Shown here: piece by piece, positions 39,355-54,379 of the stretch
How the letters are laid out: the number at the start of each line of letters is the position of its first letter
Numbering within the stretch: the first letter of the stretch is position 1
Origin: Octopus sinensis
Taxonomy: Eukaryota
Assembly: GCF_006345805.1 (NCBI RefSeq)
Contig: NC_043006.1
Coordinates: forward strand, 101,804,001-101,868,000
DNA length: 64,000 bases
Direction: 5' to 3'
Position numbers and translations under genes: made by a program
The notes under the pieces: generated by a model
Told to the model about the DNA's origin: nothing
Database searches by the model: none
The model's input: only the letters and a program-made list of their open reading frames with translations

Positions 39355-40445
39355 TGGTTGAACTTTACAGAAAAACAAAAGGCAAAGACAGGTGTATAAG
39401 CAACAAGAAGGTGTATTAGTTTGATGCTTGGGAAGGTAAGAAAGTCTTTTACATTTTGAGCCTTCGCTCTTCAACAGAAAGGAGCATGAGGAAATAAACA
39501 GAGAGAATGAAAAAAGATTTTGGAGTTAGTGGTCAATCATGGCGACTGGCTGGACAAAGGTAGTTAGACAGGAGAGCTAGGAAGAAGGGGAGATAATAAA
39601 GTATAGGTGATACCAAAATGTGTGTGTGTATGTGAGTGTGTGTGTGCACATGTGGAAAGCGGCTGGTAACGATGATGTGTGTGTCTGTAATGGATGATGG
39701 TGTGGCTGCTGGAAAATGGTTAGTGCTAGTGTGTGCAGGATGGTGTGGCGGTGTTAAGTGTGGGGATGTGAGGGTGGGGTAGGGGTGGGGTGAGGATGTG
39801 GGGGTAGAGGTGCGGTATGTGGGAGTAGGATTTGTGTGGATGGAGGGGTATCGATGAAGGGGGTTGGGTAGGAGTGAAGAGAGGAAGTAGGTGTCAAATG
39901 AAGAGAAGCGAGTAGGAGAGTCAGATGAAGAGGGGAGGGGAGTTGAGCCCATGTAGTGCAAAGGAGCGAAGAAAGAAAATTAATTCCTGTTCATGGTGAA
40001 GACGAGTGTCCAGATGGCTCCTATGCAAAGATAATCCAAATACAGACAGGTGTTGTAATGAATGACTGGTAGAGCGGAAATGGTGTGAGATCGGGGTGTC
40101 ATTGCTGAGTCTAATGTCTTGGAGGTGCTCCGTGAACTGGTCAGTCAAGTGGTGTCCCATTTGACCAATGTACAGAGAAGGACAGAAAGAACAGGTGATG
40201 CAGTAAATAATGTTGCTAGAAATGCAGGTAAAGGAGTCAGTGATATGATAGGGACAATGATGGGTGCCTGTGAGGATGGTGGTGTTGGAGAGGTAGGGGC
40301 AGGTAGGCTGCACGGGTGGGAGCAGGTGAATAATCCAGGTTGGAAGGAGGGGTTAGGGAAGAAACTGTGGACCAAGAGGCCACATAGGTTGAAGGAGGGA
40401 GGAGTATGTTGGGGAAGATGTGTGAAGTGGAGGGGTTGGATGGAC
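39355..40445 (-). mobile_element. 5'-truncated Penelope-like retroelement with GIY-YIG endonuclease and 3' UTR
   Basis: ORF 39921-40313: FTCISSNIIYCITCSFCPSLYIGQ...FTEHLQDI...HF...EQELIFFL...HGLN. C-rich UTR, and decayed hammerhead at 39445-39482. Confidence 0.88.
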
Positions 40446-43400
40446 ATGTTGATGTTATGCTCATTTTTCATATGAATGGACAAGCAAGGGATGAAGTTAC
40501 GATAATTGACGTAAGATCTGTACCCTAGAAAATCAAGGAATACTAAGTTTGATAATGAAGGATGAAACACTGGAAGCCAGTGAATTTGTAATAAATCTAT
40601 GTAAACTAATCCATTGGCTTTCAATAATAAGTTCAGTTTTCCATCAGTAATAAAGCAGTGGTCTAGGATAGTACGCAGTGAAAGATTCATCCTTAATCCA
40701 TGTAAAATATTACCTAAACAACAAATTGGTCATACAGATCCTTGTGATTCAAGGAGGGTAACTTTTGATATTATGCTAAGAATGCAAGATGGAAAGTATC
40801 ATGATAAATATCAAGTCTATAATTACACTGTGTAACATTTATTATTTTTTTTTTTGTCTTTGGTTAGTAAGTGTTATTTTCTAATTGCTTCTATCTAGAA
40901 ATCAAAAGAAATTACTACTATTCCCTTCAAACATTGCTTTTGTGACCTGGATATGTTTTGAAACTGACCTATTTTCCATTACTTTTCAGACAGATTTACT
41001 GAGCTACTGAAGCAGAAATATTGTTATATCAAATATTCTGCTCAATACCACAGATTTGCTTGTCTGTTAGTGGCTGATGATATGTGCATCTCTGATCATG
41101 AGCAGGAGTAGTGGGGAAACATCATAGCTGTGTTGAGAAGGATTCTTTGGAGTTTGAATAAATGTAATAAAAAAAAAAGTCTGAAGGAAATATTAGCTGT
41201 TTTTCATACTTTCTAGGGGTTAGGTAATAGGAAATAACAGTTGCTGCCCAAGGACAAAATTAGTATTATTTCCACATATGTAATCAATGTCTAATGACTG
41301 ACATACACAACTGATTACGATATCATGGATCACAGATTTCTAAGTGACCTTCATCACTATATGAAATGTTTTCTAACAGGAGACATCATATCCCTTACTA
41401 TCAAGTCTGGTACTCTTTGATTTTCATCATTATAGAATCTTATGTCAATAACCATCACTTCATTAGATTGTGATACTGACTTACAATTTGGTGAACTTGA
41501 CCAGAAAAAAAAATGTCTAGGCCATGAGTTACAACACACTAATAGAATATGAACTGCCGATTGCTTGGCATATTGCCAGGTGCATGTTGCTGACCAGGTC
41601 ATCTATATCATTTTAAAATGCTAGAATTAAATTTTAGAATAATTTGCATAAAACTCTAATTGCAAGATTTTACATATTTACATATTTATTCTGATCTTCA
41701 TAAAAACAAAAAAATGTTAGATCATATTATTTTCTACTTAATGCAATTTTCTTTCCATTAAGATGAAGTAGTATTTTTGTCAATGATAGTTATTAAATCT
41801 CAACAGCTATATTGTGTAGCCAACTTGCAGTTCACTGTTAGAATGAATTCATGTTCAATGATGATTTAACAAAAGACAAGAGTATTATAAGTTTCTATCT
41901 CCTTCGTTTTTGAAATTTCAAGATTCACTTCACAGTTACAATTGCTTAATTATGTATCATAGTTAACCTTTGGAAAGGCATGAATGTTTCAATGCCTGCT
42001 ATTTCTATAAACTCTAAGATTCAATACAGGTGTAAGAAGTAAATTTTTGGATCAACAAAATTGTTAAAGTGCAGAACAAAATACCTTAGAGTATTTTTTC
42101 CTGCTGCTTACATACTGAATTTAAATTCTTCGAAGGTCAACTTTATCTTTCATCCATCTGGGGTTGATTGGATAAAGTACCTGTTTAGCACTACATATTT
42201 CCTTCCTCACCCCCGATAAATTTCAAACTTTGTGCCTATATTAAGATGTCATTTTAGATAATTGTTCTTACTATAATAGCTGGTTATCAGTTATACACAT
42301 ACTACGACCTGCTTTGCATGTGTTTGATCTCTTCACTTATATTTATTTGAATAGGATGCATATCACAACTTCCGTTTTATAATAATTTTTTTTTTTTTTT
42401 GTTAACTCTGAGGTGGAAGAAGATATAGATGAAGTTGAAAGGGGGAATGATATGTGTGGAATAAATATTGATTGTTAGGGTGTGTTTTAATGTAAGGAAA
42501 ACCGAAGGAAATGTTTGGGTGAGAAATGAGACTAAGAGGATAGATTGGGAGAGGTTTTAGTGCAGGTGTGTGTTTGTGTGTGCATGTGTGTGTGTGTGAG
42601 TGAGTGTTTATGTATGTGTGTAGGTGTACATATGTACACACACACACACATTGTATGTACATATACACACACACACAATGTATATGTACACACACACATA
42701 CATAATATACCACCAATGATTTTGAAGTTAGCTTGAAGCTTCCCAATCACTGATTGCTATGTTTACTAAATCTGTAATTGATAAGAAAAAATGTATGAGA
42801 AGAGCTACAAATATAGAGAAATTGATTTTCACATATGTCTCATGATAAAAAAAAAGCAAAATACAAGAAAATCTATTTATGAAAGTATGTTATATATGTA
42901 TGTATTTAAATGTGTGTGTATATGTGGGGAGGTCTAAATATTATTGCATTTAAGAGTAGAAAAATTTGCAACTTGAATAAAATATAAAAATTCTATTTAT
43001 TTACTTTTTTATTTCTGAAATCTACTTTGGGAGTCTTTTGGTAGTTGCTGTTTCTCACTAATGAACCAGCTTCGACTTAGTTGTTGTATTTCTCATGCAG
43101 TCAAAGGAAGTTGTTGCTTGTTAAGAACTTGATTTTTGTACCATGAAATGGCATTCTAACAGCTTGGTCAGTAAAAGTGGAGGGCTACAGATTTACATGT
43201 CTTTAAAGAATCCGATGTCAAGGAGAATCTAAGGAAATAATGATTTTCTAAATTGCAGAGAGCCATGGTGATAAAAGGAATATTTTAATGACAGTTTTAA
43301 GATATTGAAAACTGTCTGTGATTTACATTTAAGTGTCTATGGGCAAGTTGAAATGATTCTACTGCTAATGAACATAAAAAGATTTTTCATTCAAAGATTA

Positions 43401-46400
43401 CTGAAAAATTACAGCAGTGCATGGCAGTGAAATTTATTTCTTGTGTTGAGCACTGCGGCATGAAAGATGACCGTAAGAGCTGTTGCAATAGGGAAACTAT
43501 AAAGGTTCCTGCTTCCAAAGAGTAAACGTGGCCGGTAGCTTTTAAATTTTCCAATAGATTGAGATAAAAGTACTGCTTAATGTTAGCGTTAGTGATAATT
43601 AAAACAGATGCTCATGTGTAGCCGTTGATTATACTGGCAGATATTAGCTGTTGCAGTATTGTACTGATGTTGATGATGATGATGATGGTCATCATCATCA
43701 TCATCATCATCATCATGACTGATGATGGAGATGGGGACAACGATGGTAGTGATGTTGACGGTGATGATTGATGTTGTTCTAAGAAGAAACGCTGTTTATA
43801 GTTGAAGAAAGAAGCATAAAGTAGCCTCTGATATTTGATAGCATTGCAAGATGCTGGAAGCATTGAGGTGCTGTTGCTATGAAGTATCTTTCGCTTTTTA
43901 TGAGGATTTTAAACCATCATATTTCTTGTCATGCTGGCATAATTACCATCTAATTTGAAATGACTGTTGGGATAAAATTAAGAAACAAAACAGTATTAAG
44001 TATTTAATGGCAAGAGGACAACATTTTCTGACTAAAATGTATAGCTAATTCAACTGAGCCTAGTATATTATGTATTAGTACTTTTAAGTTTGTCCCTGGG
44101 TAGTAGATGGCGTGTTAACTTGAATCTAATGGTCTGAACACATAACGTAAAAGTCACATTACTAATTACTCTAAGGTAATTAATCCAGTGATTTACCATG
44201 TTTACATCTCCCTTTAAAAAAGCAATAATGAAATGGAAAAAGTAAAGATAAAATGGCTGAGTGGATCACATATACAACCAACTCTTATATTTTTGTGTTT
44301 TAGAGAGTATGTATATATATTTAAGGGGGTTTATTGTTGCTTGTATTGTCATCATTCTTTGTATTTTTAATATATTATAGCTGTGCATATATATATAAAA
44401 ATTTATTTAAGGTCTGCATTTATGTGCACCCATATATTTTTATACGAGTGAGGTATATTGAAGCCTACCAAAACTCTCACTTGGTAAAGTATTGGTTGAT
44501 AAGTGAGAAAGATAAGAGAAATGAAAGTGATAGAAGAGTATTAGCAAACATGTATTTAGTTTGTATTATCTCTTCCAAAGCTTCCTGGCTTGCTTGCTTG
44601 CTTGCTTGCTTGCTTGATAGAGAAAGACATAAGAGACATTGGTGAACAATGGTTCTTAATACTGTTTAAAAATTTATAATCAGAAGTGGGAAAAAAAAAA
44701 GCAAGAAAGCTCTAAGACTCTAGTTCTGCACAATTCCAATTATTTTGATGGAAAGAAACTGAATAAAACAATAATATGAATAAAAGAAGGATTAAATAAA
44801 AAAGAATTGCATAATTTTAAAATAAAGAATGAAGCCAAACTTGTGTATGTATGAGTACGTGTATTTCCTCAAACCAAAAAGTAAGGAGATAGGAAATAAT
44901 GTATTGGCAATCTCTTAGAAGAAGTATGCATTGCAATGCAGGAAGAATCCCCCAGATGGACAAGAAATGGAAAACAAGCTGATAGCATTAACGTTGCTTT
45001 TGATTTAAAGTTAATCTCTGATATCAGAAGAATGATTATGGAAGCCGTATTAGAAGTGAACATGCACTTAACTCCTGTAATATTCTAGTTTGTCTATGTT
45101 GACCTCACAGCTGAAATAAGAAGACAATGAATATTATGTCTCGTATAATACTATTTCAACACAGAACACTGTCGTGTTTGGTTGTTTTTGGTGAGAGGCA
45201 GGAGAGGGATATGTGAGCACATTTCATATATATATATATATATATATGTATATGTATGTATTCCTTTTTGGATCTATCAGTATGATTGAAAATATGGGTG
45301 GTGGGCCAGAAGATGGTTGGGGAAAAATTTGATTTATTTATTCTTGTTCATGAAGATTAAATCTCTTTACTGTAAATCTTCAAACCATGGAACGGTTTAC
45401 AGTTACTGTGATGCTTTACTAACATTTACTTTCTTCCTTATTTTCTTACTTTTTTCTCTATAAATGCAAAACTGTCCAAATAGATAAGGTATTATATTAC
45501 CAACTCATAGGTCTTGGGTTCATAATCAACTGCAAGCGCTGTGGTATGTATATCTGAGAAACTATGGAGCTATTAATTCCACATATATCAATATTTGGTC
45601 CCAAACCTCATAGGAATGTCACTTTGTAGTGATGGACGTCTTATTCCAAATAAGATTTATTCTTCGGCTGCTTAATGCAATGAAACCTAAGTTAAGCATT
45701 GATCCATTTTGTTCACTTCAAGGCATTGAAAACATTCATTTATTTCGTTGTTTTACTGCCATATTTGTGGAACTCCATGGAGAGATGCAGTTCATTGATG
45801 CATGCAGTTCAGACTGAGAAGCTGACAGATACTTTGTTAGTTTTAAACACAGCTGAAATGAATTTTTTTTTTTATTTGAGCCTTAATAGAAGAAATCATT
45901 GTGGTTTTGTTTTAACTAATTCTCTTACCACCAGGAAAAGAAATAGTAAAACATGGTTTTAACATAAATAAATAAGCATAGTCACTGTTAAGCCATATCC
46001 CATGACTTTGGCATTTTAGCTACAAGTATCCTGGTGGAAATTTCTTGGATATAGACTTAGTACTGAACTAGCCATTTACCAAAAACCAATTTATTCAACC
46101 ATCTACAGTTCTCATTTGTCTTCTGTAGTAGCATAGTTTTAAGGGGCTGTAAAATATGCTTCATACTTGCAGTACAGTGTCTGTAAGTTCAAGCCTGAGA
46201 CAACAACTTCTTCATGATTCAGTGGGTTAGCAATAGAAAGATCATCCAACTGTAAAAAGCAGTTTCTGCAGCCAAAAGACATCCCACCTATTTAAACATG
46301 AAGAATGTTAATTAATGAGTTGCTGTTGTTGTTTAGCCCCACCTCAGCTCTTATTAAATAAACTTATGATTAAAAACGCTACTTCAGTGACCGTCCCAAT

Positions 46401-47392
46401 TTTTAATAGTGGAGTGTGATTTAAGGAAGATTTGACCACTATATCTAGTAGGCTGAAGCAATAGCATAGAATCATTCTTGTTGGCACATAAATACATAGT
46501 TCATATTCAAAGTGAGTCAGTGTCGATAGAAAAAAGAATTCTAAGACTGGAAAATTATGTGAGATTGGTATAATAAATCTTGTAAGCACTGTAAGTTAGC
46601 ATTTTCATCACTAGGAAAAAGTTACTCTGAGTAGCAGAAGTCAAAATGAAGGAATTTATAAAGTACGTTATGCAGCATGTAGGGACAATAAGATGGTTAG
46701 AAGAAGAGCGGTGGGGACAATTATAAGTTCAGTGTTAGAAATGATATGATGTGAATTTCTTCTGGTGTAATGGTAAAACTAGTGTTGTATTTAAATTGAA
46801 TTTTGGGGTTACACATTTAACCTGAATATCCACCACAACATGCATGCACACTCGCATGCACACACACAGACACACACACACACTCACTCACACACACACA
46901 CATACACACACACAGAGGCAGGCATTAGCTGAATTGTCGACTGTCATTCCTTTGCATGGCTGACCTTTTGCTCATCATCTACTCCCATTCTTCTTGACTC
47001 AGAAGCCATATTCTGTCTATCTACTTCTGCCCTCCATTACTAATGTTACACCCAGATTGAAAATACTCCTTGCTTCCTTTTCTTGATAAAGAGTCTGAGC
47101 CTGAAACGTCAATTATTTTCCTTTCCTAATGGGAACTACATTTATTTAACTCCATATTTCTTATGATTTCAAGCATTACTTACAGATGATGTGTATGTCA
47201 TATACTTACTCAAAGCAGTTTTCCCATCTGGAAGACTTGCTACTTCACGCATTCAGAATTATCTTTACCAATAATACTCTGTTGTTATTCTTTAGCTTTG
47301 GGTCAACTCTAAAGTATGTTTTTGTCCAAAGGCATTCCAACCATGACACCTCATATTCTGAGGATGCTGTAGAATTACATTGTTCAATATAT

Positions 47393-47583
47393 CATCATCA
47401 TCATCATCATCGTTTAGTGTCCGCTTTCCATGCTAGCATGGGTTGGACGGTTCAACTGGGGTCTGTGAAGCCAGAAGATCTCGCAGTGTTTCTACGGCTG
47501 GATGCCCTTCCTAACGCCAACCACTCCATGAGTGTAGTGGGTGCTTTTTACATGCCACCCACACCCATGAGTGTAGTGGGTGC
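47393..47583 (-). mobile_element. Family-E element with TSD
   Basis: TSD ttcaatatat at 47383-47392 and 47584-47593. Internal duplication of ccatgagtgtagtgggtgctt. Confidence 0.82.
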
Positions 47584-47846
47584 TTCAATATATATCTTTT
47601 ACTAAAACTACAAGGTATTTGTGGAAATTTGGCTGTTATTTCTACCATGTTAAGCTACCACATAGAGGCTTACTCATTGTTTTGGACATTATGTTGTCAT
47701 ATTTTATACCAGTAATGTTTACATGGATTTTGATTTAAAGCTCCACACTATTCCATATCATAATAAATATGATCTGACCACAAAAGAAATGAAAGGTATA
47801 CTTTCAACAGACAATGTAGAAATATGAAGTTAAGTATTATGAAGTA

Positions 47847-48234
47847 GTGGAGGCGCAATGGCCCAGTGGTTAGGGCAGCAGACTCACGGTCGAAGGATTG
47901 CGGTTTCGATTCCCAGACCGGGCGTTGTGAGTGTTTATTGAGCGAAAACACCTAAAGCTCCACGAGGCTCCGGCAGGGGATGGTGGTGATCCCTGCTGTA
48001 CTCTTTCACCACTACTTTCTCTCATTCTTACTTCCTGTTTCTGTTGTACCTGTATTTCAAAGGGCCGGCCTTGTCACTCTCTGTGTCACGCTGAATATCC
48101 CTGAGAACTACGTTAAGGGTACACGTGTCTGTGGAGTGCTCAGCCACTTACACCTTAATTTCACGAGCAGGCTGTTCCATTGATCGGATCAACCGGAACC
48201 CTCATCATCATAATCAACGGAGTGCTTCCAGTCC
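47847..48234 (+). mobile_element. Family-B SINE, full length
   Basis: TSD attatgaagta at 47836-47846 and 48235-48245. Confidence 0.93.
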
Positions 48235-49118
48235 ATTATGAAGTATTTTGTCCAACTTTCTACCATTCTTTCCCACTCTTACACCACCTAAAAGACACAG
48301 AAATACTGAAATAAAATGTAATATCTAAGAATTTCAGAAATTTATGGACAATAAATTACTTAATATTGAAACATTTCCCTACATTTGTAATGGATTAGTA
48401 TTCTGCCCATAATTAGATTTATGTAGTATTTCAAGTGAACTTCAATAAAATGTTCTTTAAAGGCAGTGGTATTGGAAATAAAATTATGCCCATATATGTT
48501 ACATGTTCTCAAATTGTGCCTCAAAACAGAGTTGCATCCTTGATCAAAAGTATAACTTAATGTCTAATATTGCAGCTAACATTACAAAAAGCCCTTTTTA
48601 CTCACAGGAACTATTTGAATAATTATTATAATTGAAATATTCAACCCAGTGTGGGAAAAGAGAGTGAGAGGAGAGAATATGTGTGTATATGAAAGCATCA
48701 TTATATAGAAATGAAAAGAACTTTGATTATTTCTGAAGTTCATTAATGAATTAATGAACTTCAGAATTATCAGAAATTTCCAATTCTTGTTAGTTTGGTG
48801 ATTTTGTCAGAGTTTTCATGTTTACTCATAAAATTTGACAAATTATTGGATATCTTGGTTACTATAACTAGTGTTTTCACTCTAATTTTTTTTATTATTA
48901 TTATTTTCACACTTTTAATCTTGATGTCTCTAATTTTATTAATTATCAGCCATGCATGTTTTGAAACATTATTTGTTTTGTCTTTTTTCCTTTTTTAAAT
49001 TACACTATCTCGTTCTTCATGGAAATGTGTGTGCATGTTTCTCTCTTTTTCTATATATTATATATACAAATGTGTATGTGTATATACACATATGTATGTA
49101 TATGTATGTGTATGTATC

Positions 49119-49170
<52 letters not shown>

Positions 49171-52100
49171 TGTATGTATGTATATGTATGTATGTGTATG
49201 TATATATATATATACATGCACACAAACGTGTATGGTTGTGTGCGTATGTCCCTAATCTAACTCATGCTCTCGGCCTTGCTTCCATTGAGCATTTGTATTT
49301 TTGTGTGCACTTGCGCATAACTTACCTTTTTTATTGGTTTAAAGAATATTTGTATGTGTGCACATACATTATGTGCAAAGAACATGATTAGCTCAAAAGA
49401 AATTTGCAGGAAGCTAAAACTAAATGCATTCAGACTTCAAAAATCATGTACTGGAGACAAGAAGCTGATATGTTTTAACTCATAAACTAAGGATTTCTGG
49501 CACTATGCAATAAATAGAAATGGTATAAATGCACAAGTCATCTAATTGTCTCTCATTTATCATACTTTGTAAAGCATTTCTCTGATGCAATATCACCGAG
49601 CATAAAGCTGGTCGCCTTGGCACCAAAAATTACTAATCATATTCCCTAAATTGATCAGAAGCCATTTCATGCAGAATCTGCCAGTTTCTCACTTCTTTAC
49701 CCTTACCCTAAATTACCTTTCATTTACATTCATACACAAACATAGAGTCTGTATACAAACACAAATGTACACATATTAACATTTTGATGTCATTCCATTC
49801 CTTTGTCTTTTATTATTATTATTGTTGTTGTTGTTGTTATGGTGGAGATGGTGGATGGCAGAAATAATAGAACGTTAGATAAATATTTTGCTATATGGTG
49901 TTGCATTTCTTTATATTCTGAGTTCAAATCACAATTGGTTACCTTTCCCTTCCATTTTTCAAGGTTGTTCAAATAAGTCCAGCTTTTGCACTGGAACATA
50001 TTAAATTGATTGAACTCTTCCTCTAAATTTGTGACTTCTGAATAACTAAGCATTACATTTGACAGAGTTATCTGAATGCTAAAGGGTTTTAAAGCCAATC
50101 CTGTAACTATAAAAAAAGGAATCTTCCTGAGTAACTCATTATTCCTATTGTTTTTCTAAACACTGATTCCATCAGCAATTCTGTGGAATGAAACCATCAT
50201 TGGTTACAGAAAAACTATCGGGAGGTGGAGAAACTATCAAAATACAAGGATCTTGAAATTGATGTTAGTGTGATGTGGGCATAAAAGTAAGAACAATACC
50301 AATGTCAACAGGAGTACTACTTATATAATCACTAACCAATAAAATAACATGATTGCACTATGTGTGTCAAAGCATTTGAAATAATGCAATAGGTATACAG
50401 AAAATCATTTGATAGCTTTCCACATTCCTGGACATTGGAAGCACTGTTAAGTATTGCAACCCAGTATAATAACACAATTTAAACAACCCATGCATTACAC
50501 TATCAACAGCCAATAAAATAACATTCATTCTTATATTACAGATATCCATCACTATAGCACCAATACTTTACATAATACATATTCTCTACGACTGCAAATC
50601 ATTAATTCTAAATGCTACACTAACTAAATGCTCTATTGTAAAACCTGACACTCAAAGCTTAATACCAGTCACACAGCTCATAAGAGAAAAAAAGACAAAA
50701 TCATCCAAGAAAATATTACATTGCATATATTAAATACAACAGACAAAACTTTAAAATAACTCTAAAAACAACAAACTAAATCCCATAACAAAATAAAAAG
50801 GAGATAGTATACAAACAGCATCATATTCCCAGAAGGCATTGCTGCATACACTGCAGGAGTATTGAAGTGCACCTGTTTGTACAATATGAATTTGTATGGA
50901 ACTGTTGAAAGTATGATGATAATGATAATAGCAATACTTCTTCAATTTGACACTGTATCAAATTTATTGGGGAGTGTAATCAATTCTAAGTCCCGTACTT
51001 ATTTTATCAATCATGGAACAATGAAATAAGAAGTTGACTGCATATATCAAAGTAAAATAGCGAATTGGCTGTTGCTTTTCTTACAGAACACACTTCAGTG
51101 TTATGAAACTGTTTAATTATGTAAGTTGTCAGAATTGGCATTGTTAACGATGTGAAATTATAACATTACATTTCGCAAAGATAGCAAAATTGTTATATTT
51201 TACCACCAACATTGTGTGTCAGTGACAGGATGTAAGTCACTGACCTCCCCGCTGTTTATTCATAAGTAACACATCTAAATGTGATGTAATTTATTCAATC
51301 TATGCCAGAAGACACAAGCTGTTGCATAACATGTTCAAATAACAAAAGGAAGGTGAGTGGGAATATGACATTCTTGAGATCGTTGGAACTGAAAATATGT
51401 TTAAACTTGTAATTGCGAAATAAGTTGTAAGATTTCTTGAGTAAACTTGATTTAGAAATAATGACGACTAGTGATACTGTAGCCATTTACCCTCACTTTA
51501 AATAAATGGACTGAGGTTTACAACTAAGACTTATCCTATTAATTTGTCATATCACACCTGTAAACAAATGACAGGTTCAATGTCTTCAAAAAAAAAACGA
51601 AGAGAGAAAACAAGATCCTTTTGATTGTTCTCAAAGAATTACAAGAGATGTGTCTGTTGATGTTTTATATTTTACTTCTAGCATATACACTACATTTCTT
51701 TTCTGTTTTGTTGTTGTTGCTTTTTTTTTAAAGCAATGCCTTAAAGTAAATAGAATTTAGTCATGCTTCTTTTAGATATTTTGAAGTCATGTCAGTTACA
51801 AAAGGTAAAATTTAAGTTTTACACAAACTTGCATGTTTATACATACATGAAAAAGGTGCTGGAGGAGGAGGAAGAAGAAGAGGGGGGAAAGAAGTGGAGG
51901 AGGAGGAGGAGAATTATTACATTTTATTCTTTTAAAGTAATTGAAGAGTTGTGTAGAAAATGATACATTATATCATAAAGATTTTAAAAAGCATATTTTG
52001 AAGTAAACAAATGGAATCACGTTCATCTTACTCATGCCAACTGCACAGAACTGTAGATATTAAATTACAGATGATGATAATGCTTGTAATTGATGATAAT

Positions 52101-52519
52101 GATGTTTATAATTGATGATAATGATGTTTCTAATTGAGAGAAATGGCAACAAAATAACATGGCCTGTCTTTCATAATAAATTTTTTTTATGTCATCCTCT
52201 GTCAAAATTTTAAAATTAAATTTTTCTCTAAATATTCATATTTCCTCTACTTCCTTCTCTAAAAGTGTCTCTCTGCCTCTCTATATTTCTCAACTGCTGG
52301 CATGTTTCCCTTGTACTTTGTGTCATCATGTAGCTCCCTTTCACTCCTCTTTCTGTGTATATAACCCCACCACTCACTGCAGCAATATAAAGGAGACCTC
52401 ATTAACATAGTTTACTATTTGACCCTTATACTGTCTGCAGAAAGATAATTTAAGTTTTTAAATAGTAGTTGTTTTTTCTTTGGAATTTTTTTTATATCTG
52501 AATCAATGACAAAACTAAC

Positions 52520-53960
52520 ATGAGTTTATTGCTCAAAGTTATTAAAAATGAACCATTAAATTGTTCAATGGTGGAATAAATGACCTTTTGAAAGTACGTC
52601 ATGAAGCATATGTAATATTTCAAGTAGATTTGACTCACCATTCTTGAACATTTATGACTTTCACTTGAGGCTTAATTGCAAGAACATAGACTTTCTAGCT
52701 GATAGTATTTTGCATTAAAAAAATTGTACATCCATAGATGTGAGGTTAAGAAGTTTGCTTTGCAGCCTATATCATTTTGGTTCTATCCCAATGTGTGGCT
52801 CCTTGGTCAAGTGTCTTTTCAGGGTAACTAAACCCTTGTGACTGAAATTTTGTAACTGGAAACTATGTGAAGGCCTGTCAGAAGCATTTTTGTTGTAGAC
52901 TTAATCCATCATCCAATTTAACACTATCACTTGTCCTATCATGGAGGCCTTGAAAAAGGTCATAGTAAGTATTGAGCGTTGACTGTTGTCCATGCAAAAA
53001 ATATTGCCTTCTCTACAACATTGGCATGCATAATTCAAGAATGATATAAGTATCAATACAGATTTGCTGCTAAAAGAATTGCTGGAATAATGTGAACAGT
53101 ATTGGACTCTTGGAAGGGTTGGGGCACTTTTGATTTCAAGTAACAAAAATTTGAAATTGATGTTGTCCTGTTTTAGAATCTTGCTAATCAAATTTTATCT
53201 TCCCCTTTTAAACATCCTCCTCTTTTTCATAAGGTGCAGTTCACAATTTAAGAGACATTAAGCATTCAACACTGACCAGCCTATTTTACCAAAAGTTTTT
53301 TTTTATGTGGAAAGATCAGCAGCTCCATTAAGTCTAACATGTCATTTAACTAGATCCTAATTAACTTGGGAAATGTATGTCTTAAGCATAACCCCTGCAA
53401 CATGCCAAGCCTGTCACCATATTTTTATGATCCAAATGAGTAACCAGTAGTAGATGTTTTCGATGGATTTATTCAAAGAGAGTAAAGCAGTGCCCATAAC
53501 TCTTTTGAGGACCTCCATAATCTATTGGAGATGTTACTTTCAGACTAGAGACTTGGTCTGAATGCTTTCAGCAGAGTAGACTCTACTAAAGGCACACAAG
53601 GCAGTGTTACAGTGGCTGGCAGATTAAGTCCACCACCTAAAAGCAAGAATGATCCTCTCAGTGGTCTTCACTCGTTTCCATGGTACAAGATTTCTGCCAC
53701 AAGGTTTTGGTCACTCTGAAAAGGAACTTGCCCAAGATGCCATGCTGTCGGAGTAGAACATGAAATACTTGCAAAAGTGAACTTTTTAACCCACAGCCAC
53801 AGATGTGCAATCTTTTTAAATGCAAAATATAAATTTTTGTTGAACCTTAAAGCAAATTAATAAACGTTCAACATCTTCATGAAATATAGTTTGAAAAGGT
53901 CGTTCATGCCATCACTAATCATATTAATGGTTCATTTTAATAATCTTCAACAGTGATTTC
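52520..53960. repeat. Old inverted duplication (arms ~52520-52970 and ~53495-53960)
   Basis: Collinear reverse-complement blocks, e.g. ttattaaaaatgaaccattaa, tattttgcattaaaaa, gacttaatc...taacact and atggagg...aaaa. Confidence 0.75.
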
Positions 53961-54379
53961 ATTATATTTCTGCACTAAGCTCCTGGAAAAATAATTTAAT
54001 TTTCAATAAAGCAATCTACCGAACTATAAATTTGTATCACGAGTAAGCATAGCTTCAACAGCAGAAATATTCTGTATCTGACCATGTGTTTAGATATCCT
54101 GGGATAAGTTTAATGTTCATCATCCAAGGAGTTTGTTGTTTTGATAGATAGTCTCTACAGATCATAAAGGTTCTGTGTTCACTCATTCATGAAGAGGCTA
54201 CCAGGCTTAGTTTGTCCCTTTTAAGTTTAATATTCAGTATATCAGTATTTTAGGTTAATGGATAAGCCAAGCAGGTTATGTGTTGCACCAAATAAAGCTT
54301 AAATAAGATACTTGAAAAAAATCCCTTTGGAGTTAAACAAAATATATAAAGTGATGTCAGTGAATGAAAACAAAGAGAA

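Noticed and set aside
44936-45088. Short ORF of about 50 aa (MQEESPRW...)
   Set aside because: No recognisable domain or splice support, and its length is expected by chance.
51619-51640. ttttgattgttctc resembles miR-315
   Set aside because: It diverges after the first 11 nt and no precursor arm is seen.
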